From Fimbriimonadales bacterium (GTDB lineage Bacteria; Armatimonadota; Fimbriimonadia; Fimbriimonadales; ATM1), in assembly GCA_041744215.1 (NCBI GenBank), contig JBGTLG010000033.1:32001-96000 (forward strand): a stretch of 64,000 nucleotides of DNA. Reading direction: 5' to 3'. The notes under the pieces were generated by a model. It worked only from the letters and a program-made list of their open reading frames with translations, did not search any database and had not been told where the DNA came from. Shown in pieces: positions 29,527-38,517 of this stretch; position 1 is the stretch's first letter; every line of letters starts with the position of its first letter. The position numbers and the translations under genes are program-made.

Positions 29527-30704
29527 TTCAGCTTCCGCCCGACGCGAAAGGCCGCTTTGGTGACTACGGCGGCAGGTATGTGCCTGAAACGCTTGTGCCA
29601 GCGCTCGATGAGCTTTCGGCGACCTTCGAGCAGGCCTGGGAAGATTCAGGGTTTCAGGAAGAGCTGGCCTGGCACTACAAGCACACCGTCGGCAGGCCGA
29701 CGCCGATTACGCCCGCCAGGCGGCTTGGGGAGGAGTTCGGGTGCGAGGTCTTCATTAAGCGGGAGGATTTGTGTCACACCGGCGCCCATAAGTTGAACAA
29801 TGCGATCGGGCAGGCGCTTCTGGCGGTTCGGATGGGGAAGCGGCGGATCATCGCCGAGACGGGCGCGGGGCAGCACGGGGTCGCGACGGCGACGGCTTGT
29901 GCAATGTTCGGGCTCGGGTGCGTGGTCTACATGGGTTCGGAGGACGTCGAGCGACAGAAGATCAACGTGTTTCGTATGCGGTTGCTCGGCGCGGAAGTGA
30001 TTCCGGTGACGAGCGGTACGAAGACGCTCAAAGATGCAACGAACGAAGCGATGCGCGATTGGGTTACAAACGTTCGCGACACTCATTACATCGTCGGTTC
30101 ATGCGTCGGGCCGCATCCTTATCCGGTTATGGTCCGGCAGTTTCAGCGCGTTATCGGTGACGAAGCGCGCGCGCAAATGCTTGAGCATCCTGGACGCTTG
30201 CCTGACGTTGCAATCGCTTGCGTCGGCGGAGGCTCGAACGCAATCGGTTTCTTTCACGCGTTTCTTCCTGATGCAAGCGTTCGGCTGGTCGGCGCGGAGG
30301 CGGGCGGACACGGCCTCGAGTCCGGCGAGCACGCTGCGCCATTAACCGCGGGGTCACCGGGCGTTTTGCACGGATCGTTTTCTTATCTTATGCAAGACGA
30401 GGACGGGCAGGTTGTCGGAACGCATTCCGTTTCTGCCGGATTGGACTATCCGGGAGTCGGACCTGAACATTCTTTTTTGAAGGACACGGGCCGTGCGGAA
30501 TATCATGCCGTGACCGACGAAGAGGCTTTGGACGCCTTTGTTTGGCTTTCCCGGCTCGAAGGGATCATTCCCGCTTTCGAGTGCGCTCACGCGTTTGCTT
30601 TGCTTAAGAAGCTCGACATTAAGGCCGGATCGACGGTGTTGGTCAACCTGAGCGGGCGGGGGGACAAGGACATGGAGTCCGCTTCGAAGCTGCTCAAGCT
30701 TTGA
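29523..30704 (+). CDS. trpB: Tryptophan synthase beta chain
   Basis: [48 protein letters not shown]. Confidence 0.97.
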   Translation: MIQLPPDAKGRFGDYGGRYVPETLVPALDELSATFEQAWEDSGFQEELAWHYKHTVGRPTPITPARRLGEEFGCEVFIKREDLCHTGAHKLNNAIGQALLAVRMGKRRIIAETGAGQHGVATATACAMFGLGCVVYMGSEDVERQKINVFRMRLLGAEVIPVTSGTKTLKDATNEAMRDWVTNVRDTHYIVGSCVGPHPYPVMVRQFQRVIGDEARAQMLEHPGRLPDVAIACVGGGSNAIGFFHAFLPDASVRLVGAEAGGHGLESGEHAAPLTAGSPGVLHGSFSYLMQDEDGQVVGTHSVSAGLDYPGVGPEHSFLKDTGRAEYHAVTDEEALDAFVWLSRLEGIIPAFECAHAFALLKKLDIKAGSTVLVNLSGRGDKDMESASKLLKL

Positions 30705-30802
30705 TCTTTCGGTCCCGAGGGTTTTCGGGGCTTGTCGGATTGTGTCAGTTTTGGCTTTGGCGGCGGCATGCAACTTTGCTTGGTTGACGCCGGAATGTTA
30801 AC

Positions 30803-30847
30803 GACTCATCAGACTCACTAGACTCACTGGACTCATCGAACTCATCA
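30803..30847. repeat. Five tandem 9-bp repeats (consensus GACTCAYYR)
   Basis: gactcatca gactcacta gactcactg gactcatcg aactcatca; a sixth dispersed copy near 30877. Confidence 0.8.
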
Positions 30848-31093
30848 CTGTTTGTTATTGTTAACGGGACTGTTTGAACTCATCGGCTCGGCAGAGTTTG
30901 CGGCTTACGTGTCGTTAGCTCAATCGTTCGGATGCAGGAACTCTGCCGGTTAAGTCTTGAGAGGGCCGAAAGTCAACCTGTTGTGAGATTGCGATTCAGG
31001 AGGTTGTTGAAGAATCTGTCAGTGCTACCCGGTCGGTTTCCGACGAGCCCCGCATTGCCGCCGATGCAGGCTGCACCCGGTAAACGTCAACTC

Positions 31094-31366
31094 CTAACCT
31101 TCGACCAATTCAAATTCGCGACCGATTTCGTCGCCATAAACGTCGATCTGCTCGCCGGACACCGGCTCGCGACACTTGTAGACGTACCCGCAAATCCTCG
31201 ATTGCCCGTCTACGACTCTCACAAACACCATCCGCCCTTCGCACAATCCCACGTAGCCGCCCCTTTCGTAGACGGTGACCTGAACACCGTCGGACACACG
31301 CCTAAACTGCGTGCCAACTGAGTACTCGGGTATGCCGAGTTTCGCGCGTTCTTCATCGAGGTCCAT
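31094..31366 (-). CDS. Hypothetical protein
   Basis: [18 protein letters not shown]... 90 aa with a plausible composition; no family recognised. Confidence 0.45.
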   Translation of the reverse strand: MDLDEERAKLGIPEYSVGTQFRRVSDGVQVTVYERGGYVGLCEGRMVFVRVVDGQSRICGYVYKCREPVSGEQIDVYGDEIGREFELVEG

Positions 31367-31432
31367 TGCTGCGACAATTATGCACTTTCCGGTCGCGTCG
31401 CGGAGCGATGCAGAGCGAGTACAATCGACCCG

Positions 31433-33115
31433 ATGGGCGAGGGTTGGATCAACCAGCTTCACTATGGCGATAACCTCGAAGTCATGCGGGAGAAGATCCC
31501 GGATGAAGTCGCGGACCTCGTCTACCTCGACCCGCCGTTTAACTCACAGCGGAACTACAACGTCTTATTCAAACAGGTGAAGGGCGATCCGGCTCCGGCG
31601 CAGATTATGGCGTTCGAGGACACTTGGCGATGGAGCCCTATGCTCTACGACGAGTTTATGGAAGACGGGCGCAACGCCAAACTCTTCGACCTCGTGCAGA
31701 GCCTCTACCAAATCTTGGGCGATTCCGAGATGATGGCGTATGTCGTCATGATGGCGCCGCGATTGCTCGAACTTCATCGCAAGCTCAAACCAACGGGCTC
31801 GCTTTACCTGCATTGCGATCCGGTCGCAAGCCACTATCTGAAGATTCTGCTCGACGTTATCTTCGAGCCTCAAAACTTTCGGAATGAGATTACATGGAAG
31901 CGACAGAGCGCCCACAGCGACGCGAAACTCAAGTTTCCTGATGTTGCGGACGTCATCTTGTTCTATTCGAAGAGCAGCCAGACGAAATTCGCGCCCGTGT
32001 TTACTGATCACAATCCCGAATATATAGCAGGCTTCTATCGCTATGACGACAATGATGGGAGAGGCTCTTATCGGAAGGACAACATCGCGAGTCCTAATCC
32101 GCGCCCTAACCTAATGTATGAGTGGAAAGGATTTCCGCATCCGGCTAAGGGGTGGCGGTTCGAGAGAAACACCATGGAAAAGCTGGACTCGGAGGGAAGA
32201 ATCTGGTATCCGAGGCATCCAGACGGATCACCCGACACGTCGAAGCGGCCCCAGGTTAAGCGATACCTTGCAGAGATGAAAGGCTCCATCGTTACGAACG
32301 TCTGGACAGACATAAGCCCCGTTCAATATGCGAGTAGGGAGAGTCGCGGGTATCCAACGCAGAAGCCCCTTGCGTTACTGGAGCGGATCGTCGCTGCGAG
32401 CAGCAAGGAGGGCGACGTCGTACTCGATCCGTTTTGCGGCTGCGGTACTGCCGTGGTCGCTGCCGAGCGAATGGGAAGGCGCTGGATCGGCATCGACGTT
32501 ACGTACCTTGCCATTTCCGAAATCGTCTACCGCCTGACCACAGAAACGACTGCGGTTCGCGACAAGGATTACGAACTGCGCGGGACGCCTAAGGACGAGA
32601 TGTCCGCGCTCAAGTTCTTTGAGGAAACCGCGCCGTACAATCACAAACCCTTCGAAATGTGGGCAGTGCATCTTGTCGAAGGCGAACCCCAGGAAAAGAA
32701 GGGCGGCGACAAGGGCATCGACGGTCGTATTCCGTTTCGAGGCATAGATAAGCAACTTCGCTGGGGCATGATACAGGTGAAAGGCGGTAGCAGCGGGCCA
32801 GCACACGTGCGCGACTTCGCGCGCGTCCTCGACCGCGAGAAGGCGCTGTTGGGGCTGTTTATCTGCTTCCGGATCACGAAGGAGATGCGGGAAGAGGCAG
32901 AAAAGATGGGCTATGCGGCATCCCTCGGCGGCAGCCGCAAGGTGCCCCGGTTGCAGATTCTTACGATCAAGGACCTGCTCGAAAAGAAGAAGGAGTTCGT
33001 AATCCCGGAGGGCTACCGATTGCCGAGGTCGAAGGGTGTTGGGAAGGGGATGAGGGCCAACCAAATCGCCATCAGCTATGAAGAGGCGGAGGTCGCCGGC
33101 ACCGATGAGAACTGA
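31433..33115 (+). CDS. N6A/N4C DNA methyltransferase (beta class) with C-terminal Mrr-like restriction endonuclease domain
   Basis: YLDPPF catalytic motif precedes YPTQKP...[11 protein letters not shown] motif; C-terminal GGDKGIDG...IQVKGG PD-(D/E/Q)xK motif. Confidence 0.88.
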   Translation: MGEGWINQLHYGDNLEVMREKIPDEVADLVYLDPPFNSQRNYNVLFKQVKGDPAPAQIMAFEDTWRWSPMLYDEFMEDGRNAKLFDLVQSLYQILGDSEMMAYVVMMAPRLLELHRKLKPTGSLYLHCDPVASHYLKILLDVIFEPQNFRNEITWKRQSAHSDAKLKFPDVADVILFYSKSSQTKFAPVFTDHNPEYIAGFYRYDDNDGRGSYRKDNIASPNPRPNLMYEWKGFPHPAKGWRFERNTMEKLDSEGRIWYPRHPDGSPDTSKRPQVKRYLAEMKGSIVTNVWTDISPVQYASRESRGYPTQKPLALLERIVAASSKEGDVVLDPFCGCGTAVVAAERMGRRWIGIDVTYLAISEIVYRLTTETTAVRDKDYELRGTPKDEMSALKFFEETAPYNHKPFEMWAVHLVEGEPQEKKGGDKGIDGRIPFRGIDKQLRWGMIQVKGGSSGPAHVRDFARVLDREKALLGLFICFRITKEMREEAEKMGYAASLGGSRKVPRLQILTIKDLLEKKKEFVIPEGYRLPRSKGVGKGMRANQIAISYEEAEVAGTDEN

Positions 33116-33250
33116 GCGAGGAGGAGGCGCCAACTGGCAGATGCCCCCCCCAAGTCTCGGCGCGGTCGTTAGAGGCAGAGATTGGAAGGCGTCCAATGAT
33201 TCACGTTTTGTGTGGTCTGCGACACGGGAGTAGTTACGCGTTCGTGTTGA

Positions 33251-35254
33251 TTACAATGTGCAGTCTTCGCTTATACCGTTTTGAACCCCAAGTTTATCAA
33301 AAAGGATCTTGTTTCGCTGGTTAGCTAGGCGCAAAAGTTTGTGATAGGGCAATAGCTCAAAGTAGGCCATTAGCGTCTCGTGATGCTTGTACCAGCAGCC
33401 CCGGTCGGGCGCCCTGCGAAAGTCCTCCTTCCTCAGCATCTCTTCGATCGCTTTGCTTTCATCACAGACGATATATGCGAACACTGGTGTTTCCCGCAGG
33501 GCTTGCTCAAGCGGCCTTCCTCTCCAGTCCTTGATATTGCCATTCCGTATTGCTTCTATGTGCCGGACCAGCTCCTGATATGGGGTTTCCCTATAGTCCG
33601 TGAGCCCGGGTTTCTTGAACTCGAACAGGATGATTGCGGATGGCGCCTCCCAATTGTCTGTATACGCGAAGCTATGGTCCAGAATCAGAATGTCGGGGCG
33701 GACATCGCTGTTGGCGGCCACCCGACCTTTCCGCGACCTGAGCCCTACGTCGGATGCAATGTATTCCGAGTAAGCCAAGCGCTCATCAAGCAACCAGAGG
33801 TTGTGGCGGTCGTACTCCACTTCATCGTTGGTCTTTCTTCGGGGGAAAATGAGACCGTGGATTACGGACTCAAGATCGTAGTCTTTTTCGCTGTCGGCTT
33901 CTAAAGCACGCTGAAGGAAGTCCAACACGACTTTCCTCATGGCAACATGCTCTGCGAGCGCTGCTTGCCCAGTCTCGCTTACGAGTTCCAATAAGCGCTT
34001 GGTTCGATTACGGATTTCTTCGCGAGAGGGGTCGCCCTCACCTGCTAGAACCTCACGAGCTTCGCGAGCGATTCTTTGCTTTAGTTCGTGCAACGCGCGA
34101 TCCAACGCGGCTAACATGTCATCGGTAGTCGCGTCCGGATTAAGCGCGCAGGCCACTCGTTCGAGTTTCTTTCGTAGCGGCGCGTAGATCGGATGCTCCA
34201 CTATCAGCTTCCGAAGCTTTACTTCCAGAAGAGTGCGGGCACTTTCGAGGTCGGTCCCAATATGTTCGTACACGTCTTGAATCACTTGTCTTCGAATTGT
34301 GGACAAGTCGATGGGAGCAAGTCCCGCTTCATCATCCGCCGATGCATCGGTTTCAGGGATTTCAAGCCTTGACCGATCTGGCGCCATGTGATCATCCAGG
34401 TATCTGCCCGCAACGAAAGCCTCGTAGAAATATCCGTCCGAGCCGCCTAGTTTCCCGGCTAAATTGGGGACGTATCGAGAGAGATTCTCAGTCTTGATGG
34501 CCCGACTGTTCGCGACGTACCTTAAACGATGACCCTGATTGTATGAGCTGCGTCGCCTATATGCAGAAAGCACGAATGTCTCCCCGCCTACATCGATACG
34601 CTTGTCTGGGAACCGATCACCGTCCTGCGCACCGGAAAAATCGTTGAGCCGAAGCGCTTCACCTTGATCGCGAATGACGACATCAGGGGAGTTGTCAGAG
34701 TGTACTAGCATGAAGCGATCCAGAATCTGCTCTGCGATCTCTGTCAAAGTGCGAGGCGAGTTCTCGGCGTACTCCTGCCTAAGTTCACGAAGCACTACAC
34801 GCGTGCGTGTGTCTTGATCAGGGACAAGCTGCTCTTCGATCTGCGACCTATCAAGTTCTGGATCGCGTCCGAAAACGAAAGCGCGCTTTCGAAACTCGCC
34901 ATCGTTATAAACACTCTCAATCTCGGCTCTCTCGAACACCTTCAGCCACGAAAGGCGCCCGATCCCTTGCCCGCCTATTTCCGCCTTATACGGGGAGTCC
35001 GTTTCCAGGAATGAGTCTAGATTCTCGTCTGTGAACCCAATGCCATTGTCGGTGATTTCCACGTGTGCGATGTCACCGGCAATGCCCGCAAACATCGGAG
35101 GGTTTCGTACGATGTTGACCTCTACCTTTCCATCTTCTCGTTTGGTCGCTTGAATGGCCTCTATGGAGTTAACAATCGCCTCCACTACCGGGACCATGGT
35201 TCGCCTGGGGGCCACCCTGACCTTCTCTAGTCTCCTACGGAAATTCTGTTTCAT
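33251..35254 (-). CDS. GHKL (HSP90/MORC-like) ATPase fused to a C-terminal PD-(D/E)xK nuclease
   Basis: EAIVNS, DNGIG, GGQGIGR GHKL motifs; NLWLLDERL, RPDILI, EFKKPG nuclease motifs. Confidence 0.82.
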   Translation of the reverse strand: MKQNFRRRLEKVRVAPRRTMVPVVEAIVNSIEAIQATKREDGKVEVNIVRNPPMFAGIAGDIAHVEITDNGIGFTDENLDSFLETDSPYKAEIGGQGIGRLSWLKVFERAEIESVYNDGEFRKRAFVFGRDPELDRSQIEEQLVPDQDTRTRVVLRELRQEYAENSPRTLTEIAEQILDRFMLVHSDNSPDVVIRDQGEALRLNDFSGAQDGDRFPDKRIDVGGETFVLSAYRRRSSYNQGHRLRYVANSRAIKTENLSRYVPNLAGKLGGSDGYFYEAFVAGRYLDDHMAPDRSRLEIPETDASADDEAGLAPIDLSTIRRQVIQDVYEHIGTDLESARTLLEVKLRKLIVEHPIYAPLRKKLERVACALNPDATTDDMLAALDRALHELKQRIAREAREVLAGEGDPSREEIRNRTKRLLELVSETGQAALAEHVAMRKVVLDFLQRALEADSEKDYDLESVIHGLIFPRRKTNDEVEYDRHNLWLLDERLAYSEYIASDVGLRSRKGRVAANSDVRPDILILDHSFAYTDNWEAPSAIILFEFKKPGLTDYRETPYQELVRHIEAIRNGNIKDWRGRPLEQALRETPVFAYIVCDESKAIEEMLRKEDFRRAPDRGCWYKHHETLMAYFELLPYHKLLRLANQRNKILFDKLGVQNGISEDCTL

Positions 35255-35475
35255 AGACCTTCCCTTCGCTCGGGCAATTCGTCGTTGATCTCAATGGCAG
35301 CGCATGCTGCACATCTGGCTGCATCCAATCAATAATACCAACTGAGGGGTTTCTGGTGACCTTTTTTTGGGCGGCGGGGGCTCTAACCTACACACCTAAC
35401 TGGAGGTGCCTCTATGAAGGCGCGACTCTCAATGGCGTTCCGTTTGGCTCCAGCGCGAAGTCTGCGCGCGCAGAT

Positions 35476-35751
35476 CTACTTGTCTTTCTCGAAAATCTGA
35501 TTGAACGGCCAAACTGTTTTGAAGTCGTAGCCAAGCTTCTCGAAGTCGGCCCTTGTCATGGGTCTAGTTCTGCCGTTTTCATCTTTGGTCAATAGGCAGC
35601 TCTGAACCCGTCCGGAAAGGATCGCCGCAACATCTGCCGAAAACCGGGGATCGACGCCAAGAAGCTCCTCCGCCTGCTTGGCAGTTCTTACCTTGTTCTC
35701 CTTTTTTCCCTTTATCACTTCTTGTTCCACCACGCTCGTGTCCGCTCTCAT
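35476..35751 (-). CDS. Hypothetical protein
   Basis: 91 aa ORF upstream of the GHKL gene on the same strand; no family recognised. Confidence 0.35.
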   Translation of the reverse strand: MRADTSVVEQEVIKGKKENKVRTAKQAEELLGVDPRFSADVAAILSGRVQSCLLTKDENGRTRPMTRADFEKLGYDFKTVWPFNQIFEKDK

Positions 35752-35857
35752 TCAGACCGAGGAACCCCGCCCTATGCGTCTCATTGCACCTGAGTCTTTT
35801 GATGCAAAGGGCGCGCACGCGCACCAACCTTTGTGGTCAGTTGCTCTACGTTCCCTT

Positions 35858-35895
35858 CAGTTTACTGAATCGAAGAACGCCCACTTGCCCCAACG
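35858..35895. repeat. 38-bp direct repeat, copy 1
   Basis: CAGTTTACTGAATCGAAGAACGCCCACTTGCCCCAACG, identical to 36387-36424. Confidence 0.92.
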
Positions 35896-35957
35896 GATCC
35901 CGGGGCATATAAATGGGGCTCACGTAGAATGGCGGCAAGGTGTACACTGGTGGCGTT

Positions 35958-36266
35958 ATGATGAAGCTAATGTTAGGTTGGCTACTTGCGATCGCTATCG
36001 CTGTGGTGGTGTTCGGTCTTGCGGTGGATCACCCGGTCGCCAATGGGATTTATCTGGCGGCGATGACGGTGTTCGCGGCCGGTGCGACGTTCGGCGGGGT
36101 GGTTATGGCGTGGCTTATGGTCCGCGCGGCTCTTCGGGGTGACCTGTTCCGGGACACTCGCAGCCGCATGGGTCGGGACGTAGGTTTCGGGAAGGGCGGT
36201 CCTGCCCCGGTTGTTCGGACGGACGAGGAAGCGCTCCAGGAGTTCCTTGATCGAAGCCGTTATTAG
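35958..36266 (+). CDS. Small membrane protein (2 transmembrane helices)
   Basis: Two hydrophobic segments and a charged tail; lies between the 38-bp repeats. Confidence 0.55.
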   Translation: MMKLMLGWLLAIAIAVVVFGLAVDHPVANGIYLAAMTVFAAGATFGGVVMAWLMVRAALRGDLFRDTRSRMGRDVGFGKGGPAPVVRTDEEALQEFLDRSRY

Positions 36267-36283
36267 GTGTAGGATCTGCGGGG

Positions 36284-36386
36284 TTAGACGTGTTCTCTGA
36301 CGAGTCCTACGACTTGGCCGATCAGTTCGCATCTTAGGGTTTCGAGGGGCGGATAGTCGGGGTTGTCGCTTTTCAGGATGGGCTCG
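36284..36386 (-). pseudogene. C-terminal fragment of an S24 (LexA/phage CI-like) peptidase
   Basis: EPILKSDNPDYPPLETLRCELIGQVVGLVREHV* matches the S24 tail L.S.NP.Y..I...IG.VV; truncated exactly at the repeat. Confidence 0.65.
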
Positions 36387-36424
36387 CAGTTTACTGAATC
36401 GAAGAACGCCCACTTGCCCCAACG
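36387..36424. repeat. 38-bp direct repeat, copy 2 (continues into a long hairpin ending at 36463)
   Basis: Identical to 35858-35895. Confidence 0.92.
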
Positions 36425-36564
36425 ACGGACGCTCCTAACGTCGCGTCCGTCGATTGGGCAAGTCGTTTGAGGCAGGTGACCCTCCGGCAGATCGCGGTCT
36501 CTGGTTAAGGGCCGAGAGGAGCGTAAAGCCACCCGGCCCTGGTCAGCTAAGAGGAACTTCGCTT

Positions 36565-37335
36565 CTACTTCTTTCTTCGCCGCGCGGCCAGAGCCGCAAG
36601 GCCGATGCCGAGGATCGCCAAGCTTGCAGGCTCGGGGACCGCATACCCGACGCCCGTTTCGCCGGAAAAGGCAGCGCGGATATGAAGCTGCGCTGGGTTG
36701 GCCATCGGATCGTATAGCGCTGGGATCCAGCCGGTGGGTCGGTCGATGAAATCCAAATGACCTCGCATCACGCCGCTTTGGCCTATCAACTGGTTTCGGA
36801 TAGCGATCTCGCCGCCAACAATTGTGCCGACGCCCTCGAGCACGTAGGCGTCGAAATCCGAATATCCGTACAGCGAAACGGCATCGAGTTCGAGCGCCCA
36901 CAGCACGCCGAACGGCATACCGAGGGAGGGGATCGAGCCCATGATGACGAGGTCTGGACCTGCTGCGTCGGCGCCCGTACCGGTTAGGCTTACGTCTATC
37001 ACTCCGCCCGGGCCGGCGTATGGCGCGTCTTGGCCGGTGAATATGACTTGCATCCCGAAGTCGCCGCCGAACTCGCCAGCGGCGTTGAAGATCGGATGGA
37101 CCGGCGGGGCCGGCCAGGTTGGCCAATAGGCAGTCACCTCGGTATCCAATGATCCGAGAGTGTAAGAAAGCAGATCGGGCGCCACGCCCCTTGTGCTCCA
37201 CTCTGGCATCGGCACCGTCCTATTGAACGCACCGAAGTTTATGTCGTGGCCGGTTATCGTTGGTGTGAGCGGCGCGGCCATCGCGGCCGATCCCATCAAT
37301 GCTGCCGACGCCCATAAGAAGGCTCTGCTTATCAT
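36565..37335 (-). CDS. PEP-CTERM sorting domain surface protein
   Basis: Signal peptide; C-terminal VPEPASLAILGIGLAALAARRRKK; AAGGAG RBS. Confidence 0.92.
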   Translation of the reverse strand: MISRAFLWASAALMGSAAMAAPLTPTITGHDINFGAFNRTVPMPEWSTRGVAPDLLSYTLGSLDTEVTAYWPTWPAPPVHPIFNAAGEFGGDFGMQVIFTGQDAPYAGPGGVIDVSLTGTGADAAGPDLVIMGSIPSLGMPFGVLWALELDAVSLYGYSDFDAYVLEGVGTIVGGEIAIRNQLIGQSGVMRGHLDFIDRPTGWIPALYDPMANPAQLHIRAAFSGETGVGYAVPEPASLAILGIGLAALAARRRKK

Positions 37336-37722
37336 CGTTTTCTCTCCTTGGCCTCCGGATAAAAATCCCGTTTGGCCTTAGGGCCTCAATCCGGCCCGGT
37401 TACAGGGTATCACAACTGGCATCGACGTGGGCTGTGGGTGCGCAAAACTGGTAATTCTACCGTGGCGCAGGGCGGCGTTCCTCTTGGGTGATGCGGTTTT
37501 CGGATGACGTTGTTGTTGGCGTTGGGATTCGTGTAATTCGGGGGGTCTTGAGAATGGAAGCGGTGCGATGTGCAGATGGCCAAACCTCGCTCCGATCTCA
37601 ATGGCACTCGCCTGATCCTCGAACAACCGCGCTGGTATCTGTCGCCCGTAAAATTGCCATCGTTTGGCATAGGCATATAGATTGCTATATAATCAGGGTT
37701 CACTATCTGGTTGGGGGCAGGC

Positions 37723-38472
37723 ATGATCACAATTCTTTTAGCAGCAACTTTCGGGGTGACTCTCGCACAGGGAGGCCCGGAGTCCTTCTTCTGCTCGTCC
37801 GTTCGTTTCGGATACACGGGGACCATTTCGGTTTACAACACGTTTGCCGAAGCTCAATCGGGTAGGAATCCTCGGCACTCCTCTGTCGTGGTTCCTAACC
37901 GCGACGGCGCGATCTACATAGTTCGCAACCGTCCGACTTTCTATGAGGACTTCAATGCGTTTTTGACGTTTTGGAGTTCGCATGAAGGGCAGAACCCAAA
38001 CAACACAAACTTAGGTTTTATTCAGATGTATGACGACGACGCGTCGAACTGGCTCAACCAGAAGGGCTACTGGAATAGAAGCAAGACCACTTTTACTGTT
38101 GAGGCGATGGGCCGGAACGCTACTTATCCGTCCGGCGCGAACCCGGGCGACTATGCGCGCCTGTGGAATGCTGGTGCGGTGCAAGGCAGCGGCGAATCGA
38201 CGAAAGGCACGTTTTTGCGCTACGAGTACAAGTTCATCGTGACTGGAGTTCAAGGCACGGACGACGATCAAGATGGGTTTTTCGAGTACCGCGGTCCCGA
38301 TGGTCAGTTTTCCGGATACTTCAAGGGGATTTTCGAGAACGAGAGCGCATCTTCGCCAGGATCAAACGGCTTCTACGTTGTTGAACTTTCATTCAATAAC
38401 ACGAGTTGGTCAGTTGCAAACAACTTTACGAAGAACAACGCGTTCGGTTCGTCTCGCACTCAGGGTAACTGA
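37723..38472 (+). CDS. Secreted hypothetical protein (aromatic/Asn-rich, beta-rich)
   Basis: Signal peptide; long ORF; downstream hairpin. Confidence 0.7.
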   Translation: MITILLAATFGVTLAQGGPESFFCSSVRFGYTGTISVYNTFAEAQSGRNPRHSSVVVPNRDGAIYIVRNRPTFYEDFNAFLTFWSSHEGQNPNNTNLGFIQMYDDDASNWLNQKGYWNRSKTTFTVEAMGRNATYPSGANPGDYARLWNAGAVQGSGESTKGTFLRYEYKFIVTGVQGTDDDQDGFFEYRGPDGQFSGYFKGIFENESASSPGSNGFYVVELSFNNTSWSVANNFTKNNAFGSSRTQGN

Positions 38473-38479
38473 GCCACAA

Positions 38480-38509
38480 ATAGGGCGTGGACGAATTGCC
38501 GCGCCCTAT
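38480..38509. terminator. Hairpin between convergent genes
   Basis: ATAGGGCGTGG...CCGCGCCCTAT. Confidence 0.6.
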
Positions 38510-38517
38510 ATGTCTTC

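Noticed and set aside
30803-30847. CRISPR array
   Set aside because: Units are 9 bp with no spacers; no cas operon (the Cas4-like DUF2779 protein alone is insufficient)
36412-36463. Integron attC site
   Set aside because: Ends (GCCCCAAC / GATTGGGC) do not fit RYYYAAC...GTTRRRY, there is a single full hairpin, and no integron integrase is seen
36284-37201. 305-aa ORF from the track
   Set aside because: Arg-rich alternative frame of the PEP-CTERM gene; only the last ~33 codons look protein-like (S24 remnant)
37336-37722. Riboswitch (c-di-GMP or cobalamin) upstream of the second PEP-CTERM gene
   Set aside because: Consensus motifs not found on either strand by eye; likely a divergent promoter region
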